DNA of 39,495 nt from a virus (lineage: Duplodnaviria > Caudoviricetes): IMG/VR virus record IMGVR_UViG_3300015050_000728, positions 1-39,495 of that record. One strand, 5' to 3'. Under the pieces are notes generated by a model that made no database searches, was not told where the DNA came from, and worked only from the letters and a program-made list of their open reading frames with translations. The position numbers and the translations under genes were made by a program. How positions within the stretch are numbered: position 1 is the stretch's first letter; every line of letters starts with the position of its first letter. Of the stretch, positions 35,499 to 39,495 are shown piece after piece.

Positions 35499-36253
35499 CG
35501 TCTGCCTTTTCGCCCATAATTGGGATATTCAATTCCGCCTTTAGCAGCCCATGCTTTACGGGAAAGCCATCTCTGTTGACGACTTGCTTTCTGCTCTGCT
35601 TTCTGATTAGCCATTTGTTTCAATACAAGAAATGCTGTGCTCTTTGCCTCTTCTAAAAGGGCTGGAAATGCTTCACTTGGTAGATCAGGAATGAAATCAT
35701 CTGCATGAGTCCATTGAGGATCAATATAAGCTAAGCATTGTGTTTTACTTTTCTGAAGAGTATTCTCTACTGCCGAATCGTAGGAATCAGTAATGATATA
35801 ATCATCATTGAAAGAAGTCCAATACGTAGGCGGTAAATGGTTATTGATTAGAAGTTTAGTACCACTAAAATCTATAACTGTATCAACATTCTCTGAATCA
35901 TCATTCCGTCCAGAAACCATTCTCAAGAATGAATCAGGTTCCTTATAAATGATTTCTTCTAATCGTGATTTAGGATTGGTATCTGTAAGCTTATCATATC
36001 TGAAGAACACAAGCTCCTTAGTTCCTGTAGGAAGCTTCAGATAATTAGGCTTAGATAATTCCCCTGCAGATTCCAATTGAACCAGTTTACGCAGGTGAGG
36101 CCAATTACGATTAGCAATTATCTCAAAGTAACTGGTCTTAACAATCTGTGCTACTTGTTGTGATTCAATCGTATCATTGATACTGTTAACTTCATCTGAA
36201 TCCATGTCATTGAGAATATCAGTGACAATTTCAAGTAAGGACATTTTAGCCAT
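35495..36253 (-). CDS. Tail adaptor / tail tubular protein A
   Basis: MSLLEIVTDILNDMDSDEVNSI N-terminus typical of T7 gp11-like adaptors; synteny. Confidence 0.78.
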   Translation of the reverse strand: MAKMSLLEIVTDILNDMDSDEVNSINDTIESQQVAQIVKTSYFEIIANRNWPHLRKLVQLESAGELSKPNYLKLPTGTKELVFFRYDKLTDTNPKSRLEEIIYKEPDSFLRMVSGRNDDSENVDTVIDFSGTKLLINNHLPPTYWTSFNDDYIITDSYDSAVENTLQKSKTQCLAYIDPQWTHADDFIPDLPSEAFPALLEEAKSTAFLVLKQMANQKAEQKASRQQRWLSRKAWAAKGGIEYPNYGRKGRR

Positions 36254-36840
36254 TATGCAGTCTGCCTTACGAGAGTGAGAGTGAGATTTGCATCTCCCAT
36301 TACCAAATTACCAGTGCCATCAGAAGCAACATAAAGCTGAATGTAATCTGCAGCAGTGAGTGCTACATGTTCACTAAATACTAATTGAGCAATATCTCCT
36401 GCAACCCCTGATTTAACAGTAGGCTTACGTGCAGAGAATGCTCCAGTCCCATTGATTCGATACCTAGCAGCCACTTTAGCTGTTGCTGTTGGGAATGTTA
36501 ATACATTCATCCAAAGCTTAACCTCGTAGACGCCTGTAACAGGGGCTGTAAGCCTGTCTACAGAGAAAGACACCCCGTACAATGAATCACTGGTCCAAGG
36601 GGCTCCTGCACCCGTTAACAGAGTGTACTGAGACGTTGTATTAAAAGTTGTATCTGCTACTGCTGTCAAAGCAAAATTTACTGCATTGTTTGTGATTACT
36701 TGAGATCCATAAGCAGCATTACGTCTCCAGTTCCCACTGCCGGAACCATTAGCTACATATGTGTATCCTTCTAATGCTGATACAACGCCTTTAGGTTCGT
36801 GTATTTGTGCATCTGGAATATCTACGTGTTGGATCGCCAT
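36253..36840 (-). CDS. Structural protein with C1q/TNF-like C-terminal domain (head fibre/spike candidate)
   Basis: N-terminal 'QIHEPKG...YVANGSGSGNW' and C-terminal 'LTAPVTGVYEV...VALTAADYIQLYV'; GGAGG RBS. Confidence 0.6.
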   Translation of the reverse strand: MAIQHVDIPDAQIHEPKGVVSALEGYTYVANGSGSGNWRRNAAYGSQVITNNAVNFALTAVADTTFNTTSQYTLLTGAGAPWTSDSLYGVSFSVDRLTAPVTGVYEVKLWMNVLTFPTATAKVAARYRINGTGAFSARKPTVKSGVAGDIAQLVFSEHVALTAADYIQLYVASDGTGNLVMGDANLTLTLVRQTA

Positions 36841-36858
36841 TGCGACCTCCTTTTAAAT

Positions 36859-36900
36859 AAAAAAAGGGACAAGCCAGTTTAAATTAGCTTGCCCCTTATT
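36859..36900 (-). terminator. Rho-independent terminator after the capsid/decoration genes
   Basis: On the - strand: AGGGGCAAGCTA-loop-TGGCTTGTCCCT followed by a T-tract. Confidence 0.85.
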
Positions 36901-36906
36901 CGAGAT

Positions 36907-37377
36907 TTAGATCAGTGTTTTGAAGAAATACTCAACAACCAATGTACCTTTACCGGATGTTGCACCAACAGTTCCAGTAATAGCTTTTGTAACTTTCTCA
37001 GAGGCTGTAGTGCCTGTAGTAGAAGCTGTAGCCCATGTGCCAATGGCAACAGCGCTAACATCCTTCGTACCAACAGCTTCCAGTTGAGCTTCTGTGAGAA
37101 CCACACCATTTGTACCGGGAGCAGTTCCACCGATAGCTACAGTACCTGCGGCAGAAACCACAAATGCTTCGTCTACTCGAAGGAATGCTCGAAGCACCTT
37201 AGCCCCCTTGGGCATATATGTTGGGGAGACATATGTGCTATTAAGCATCTCACCTGTCAAGTCAACACTAAGTTGCCAAATAGAGTCTTGCGTATGCTCC
37301 GTACCAACAGACCCACCTGTAGTACGTGCTCCATAGAAATTACCGACGTTAATGCCAGCAGAATTTTCGTATGCCAT
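36907..37377 (-). CDS. Putative capsid decoration/auxiliary protein (156 aa)
   Basis: Thr/Gly/Ala/Val-rich beta protein directly after the major capsid gene and upstream of the terminator; TAAGGA RBS. Confidence 0.65.
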   Translation of the reverse strand: MAYENSAGINVGNFYGARTTGGSVGTEHTQDSIWQLSVDLTGEMLNSTYVSPTYMPKGAKVLRAFLRVDEAFVVSAAGTVAIGGTAPGTNGVVLTEAQLEAVGTKDVSAVAIGTWATASTTGTTASEKVTKAITGTVGATSGKGTLVVEYFFKTLI

Positions 37378-37395
37378 ATTTTATTCTTTTCCTTA

Positions 37396-38349
37396 TTAAG
37401 TTTTAGCAGCGTCAGTGATCACAACACCGAGGGTGTCAACACGTTGCGTACCAAAGCCCCAACGAGCGGAAGTGACGAATTCATCACGGCGAAGGTCTTT
37501 ATTACGTTCACCTTCAACCTTAGGCATACGACGCCATGCAGCCATAATAGGCTTCAGATTGTCGTCTGCAACGGACATGAAGATATTAGCAACACCATTC
37601 GTTACAGTTGTCGTACCATCGCTAAACGAGCCCTTAGGCAGACGATTAGAAGTGATGATATTCCAGCCATACAGATTCATGACATATTCATGGTCACGAT
37701 CAAAGCCGCTTTCCAGCAAGCGTTCACCGAAAGGTGTAACTTGGCTAGTAAGTGTGATCAGCTTGCTGAATGTAGCAGCAGTAACTGGATCAACGATAGC
37801 GACACGACCAGCCATAGGCACACCGGCCTTGTCAAATGCCAGCTTCATTTGGATGAAGTGAGCAAGTGTGATTGTGTTTTCACTGCCGACAGTGGCTACA
37901 GAAGAAGCGATACGATGGGGGAACCCATTGATCGTATTAGGCGAACCATTCGTTTGCGAACTATTAGCTTTAGCAAGGAAACGGGTCTCATAAACTTCCT
38001 GAATAGCGCGGGTAGATTCAACTTGTCGAGCAGCCATGAGGGCTTCAACTTGCGAACCATCTTCACGAAGGTCATCTGTGACATACCATGCATCACCAAC
38101 GTAGTCAGTAATTGTCAGGGTAACTTCACCAGATTCAATCGGTGTATAATCAAAAGGAACTTCTTCAGCACCGTCTTGAATAGTGACTGTACCGACAGTC
38201 TTGATATGAAGAGTTGTACCAGAACCGAAGTCTGTTACGTTACGATAGAACGACTCAGGGAGCAGTCCATCGTGGAGATTACGAATAAGAAAGCTGGAAT
38301 ACTGTTCCGCTTCAATAAACGCAGTTGTGTTTGGGCGATTTTGTGCCAT
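37396..38349 (-). CDS. Major capsid protein
   Basis: 317 aa; follows the scaffold; 'FGSGTTLHIKTVG', 'FDKAGVPMAGRVAIVDP', 'ARWGFG' pattern of T7-like HK97-fold capsids; strongly biased codons. Confidence 0.88.
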   Translation of the reverse strand: MAQNRPNTTAFIEAEQYSSFLIRNLHDGLLPESFYRNVTDFGSGTTLHIKTVGTVTIQDGAEEVPFDYTPIESGEVTLTITDYVGDAWYVTDDLREDGSQVEALMAARQVESTRAIQEVYETRFLAKANSSQTNGSPNTINGFPHRIASSVATVGSENTITLAHFIQMKLAFDKAGVPMAGRVAIVDPVTAATFSKLITLTSQVTPFGERLLESGFDRDHEYVMNLYGWNIITSNRLPKGSFSDGTTTVTNGVANIFMSVADDNLKPIMAAWRRMPKVEGERNKDLRRDEFVTSARWGFGTQRVDTLGVVITDAAKT

Positions 38350-38361
38350 TAATTATTCCTG

Positions 38362-39183
38362 TTATTTTTTACCAAAATGTTTAAAATACTCTTTAGGATC
38401 GGACAGTTGATGAACAGTCATCCCATTTTCATGCAACTCATCAGCCATGGCTTTAGCGTTTCGGCTTTCTTCCATTACGTCACGAGTTGTAGCACCGACT
38501 TGTACGGCTTTGGTGTTTCTGCCAATTAAACTATCTTTCCTAGGTGTAAACGCTTGCGAATTTACTGTGCTCTGTGAGGGGGAGAAAGGCTTGGTAGCCG
38601 GCTTCTCACTAACGCCTACAGCGCTTAAAACAAGCTTAGGGGATTTAGCAGCAAGAGTGTTAAATTCTGCTACAGTCATACCCAAATCAGCGGCTTTAGC
38701 AATGAATACTTTTTCAGCTTCATCACCAAAACTTTCTTTCATGCTTTCGATCACTGCCTTGACATTTCGGTCTTGGGCAAGTTTCTGTTCACGATCACTG
38801 AGTTGCTTGTTGATTAAATCAGCAATTGCCTGAGGGTCCATACCGGAGGGTGGTGTACCGTCTGGATTTGGTTTCTCAGTGAGCTGTCGTATTGTATCTT
38901 CTAAAGTTGCCACTTTTTGTGCTTCCAATCTTGCTTTTTCTAACTCTTGTTCCTTGGCTGTCAGAGAACTCTTTAGCTCAGGGATATATGTTTGTGCATG
39001 TTGCAAGCCAATGATAGCATCTTTCAAAGTCTTATACTTAGGCTCTCCGCGCTCATTCTTAATACCAGATAACAGGTCTGTAATTTCGGCATCATTGGGA
39101 GCGGTGACCTTGCTAGGGTCAGGGTTTGTGGTAGGGTCACTACCGGGATCAGTTCCATTAAAAATACTAGTCGGGTCTGACAT
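38362..39183 (-). CDS. Capsid scaffolding protein (273 aa)
   Basis: True start at ATG 39183 (MSDPTSIF), because the ORF-track extension runs into tRNA-Thr. Pro/Asp-rich N-terminus, coiled coil, position upstream of the capsid gene. Confidence 0.8.
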   Translation of the reverse strand: MSDPTSIFNGTDPGSDPTTNPDPSKVTAPNDAEITDLLSGIKNERGEPKYKTLKDAIIGLQHAQTYIPELKSSLTAKEQELEKARLEAQKVATLEDTIRQLTEKPNPDGTPPSGMDPQAIADLINKQLSDREQKLAQDRNVKAVIESMKESFGDEAEKVFIAKAADLGMTVAEFNTLAAKSPKLVLSAVGVSEKPATKPFSPSQSTVNSQAFTPRKDSLIGRNTKAVQVGATTRDVMEESRNAKAMADELHENGMTVHQLSDPKEYFKHFGKK

Positions 39184-39209
39184 TAGTATGCTTTCTAAAT
39201 TATTAAAAT

Positions 39210-39285
39210 TGGTGCTAGTTGTACGAATCGAACGCACGACCAACGGTTTACAATACCGTAGCTCTACCAACTGAGCTAAACTAGC
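39210..39285 (-). tRNA. tRNA-Thr (anticodon TGT)
   Basis: Reverse complement: GCTAGTT-TA-GCTC AGTTGGTA GAGC-T-ACGGT AT-TGT-AA ACCGT-TGGTC-GTGCG TTCGATT CGTAC-AACTAGC-A-CCA. Confidence 0.92.
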
Positions 39286-39293
39286 GAATTCAT

Positions 39294-39367
39294 TGGAGCG
39301 TAAGTAGGGAATCGAACCCTAGTCATCTACTTGGAAGGAAGATGTTTTACCATTAAACTACTAACGC
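39294..39367 (-). tRNA. tRNA-Gly (anticodon TCC)
   Basis: Reverse complement: GCGTTAG-TA-GTTT AATGGTA AAAC-A-TCTTC CT-TCC-AA GTAGA-TGAC-TAGGG TTCGATT CCCTA-CTTACGC-T-CCA. U73 discriminator fits bacterial Gly; one T-T mismatch in each of the acceptor and anticodon stems. Confidence 0.88.
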
Positions 39368-39373
39368 TTATAA

Positions 39374-39444
39374 TATACTTATATATTCCTTACTCTCACT
39401 CACTCTGTTCGTTCGCAGTAAGTATACTAGATATATTCTTTACT
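39374..39444 (-). repeat. Imperfect AT-rich direct repeat upstream of the tRNA/scaffold/capsid unit (candidate promoter elements)
   Basis: TATACT-T-ATATATTCCTTACT (39374-39394) and TATACT-AG-ATATATTCTTTACT (39423-39444). Confidence 0.55.
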
Positions 39445-39495
39445 TAAGCTAATATCGAAAATTTGATTACTTTTCGACAGAATCATCAAGAATTA

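Noticed and set aside
36889-38352. 487-aa + strand ORF antisense to the capsid and decoration genes
   Set aside because: Shadow ORF of strongly codon-biased genes; Ser/Cys/Thr-rich with no motifs or RBS, and it fully overlaps well-supported - strand genes.
39184-39270. N-terminal extension of the scaffold ORF in the ORF track
   Set aside because: It overlaps tRNA-Thr; ATG 39183 is the plausible start.
1-39495. CRISPR array, integrase/att site, rRNA or a 2-aminoadenine (purZ) pathway
   Set aside because: No regularly spaced repeats, recombinase motifs, rRNA-like sequence or adenylosuccinate-synthetase-like gene were seen in this window.

Overview
This window is about 39.5 kb of a lytic, AT-rich podovirus genome. 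Gene content and order resemble the Zobellviridae / phiEco32-LUZ24-type phages; that assignment is an inference from motifs, with no database search. The + strand arm (1-24.4 kb) has four parts. (i) A peptide/amide-ligase cluster with a class I glutamine amidotransferase, an Ntn (class II) amidotransferase, two ATP-grasp ligases and two COOH-NH2 ligases (phiEco32 type-2 and amidoligase), with tRNA-Arg(TCT) embedded in it. (ii) Directly downstream, an envelope-targeted mini-operon: a PagP-like outer-membrane beta-barrel, a 2-TM protein, a lipoprotein and a small Cys-paired protein. (iii) Replication and transcription genes: Rnl2-like ligase, T7-like primase-helicase, ECF sigma factor, family A DNA polymerase with atypical motifs A and B, putative SSB, 5'-3' exonuclease and HNH. 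(iv) Nucleotide metabolism: dATP/dGTP diphosphohydrolase-like, LMW-PTP-like phosphatase, ThyX, metallophosphoesterases, a free-standing LAGLIDADG and class II RNR. A bidirectional terminator at about 24.4 kb separates this arm from the - strand morphogenesis arm: tRNA-Gly, tRNA-Thr, scaffold, major capsid, decoration protein, C1q-like protein, tail adaptor and nozzle, GNAT, three ejection proteins and an HNH-like ORF. The best candidate for an uncharacterised system is the ligase cluster together with the PagP-like/lipoprotein block, as a possible host-envelope remodelling system. No portal, terminase, lysis genes or phage RNA polymerase were recognised in the window.
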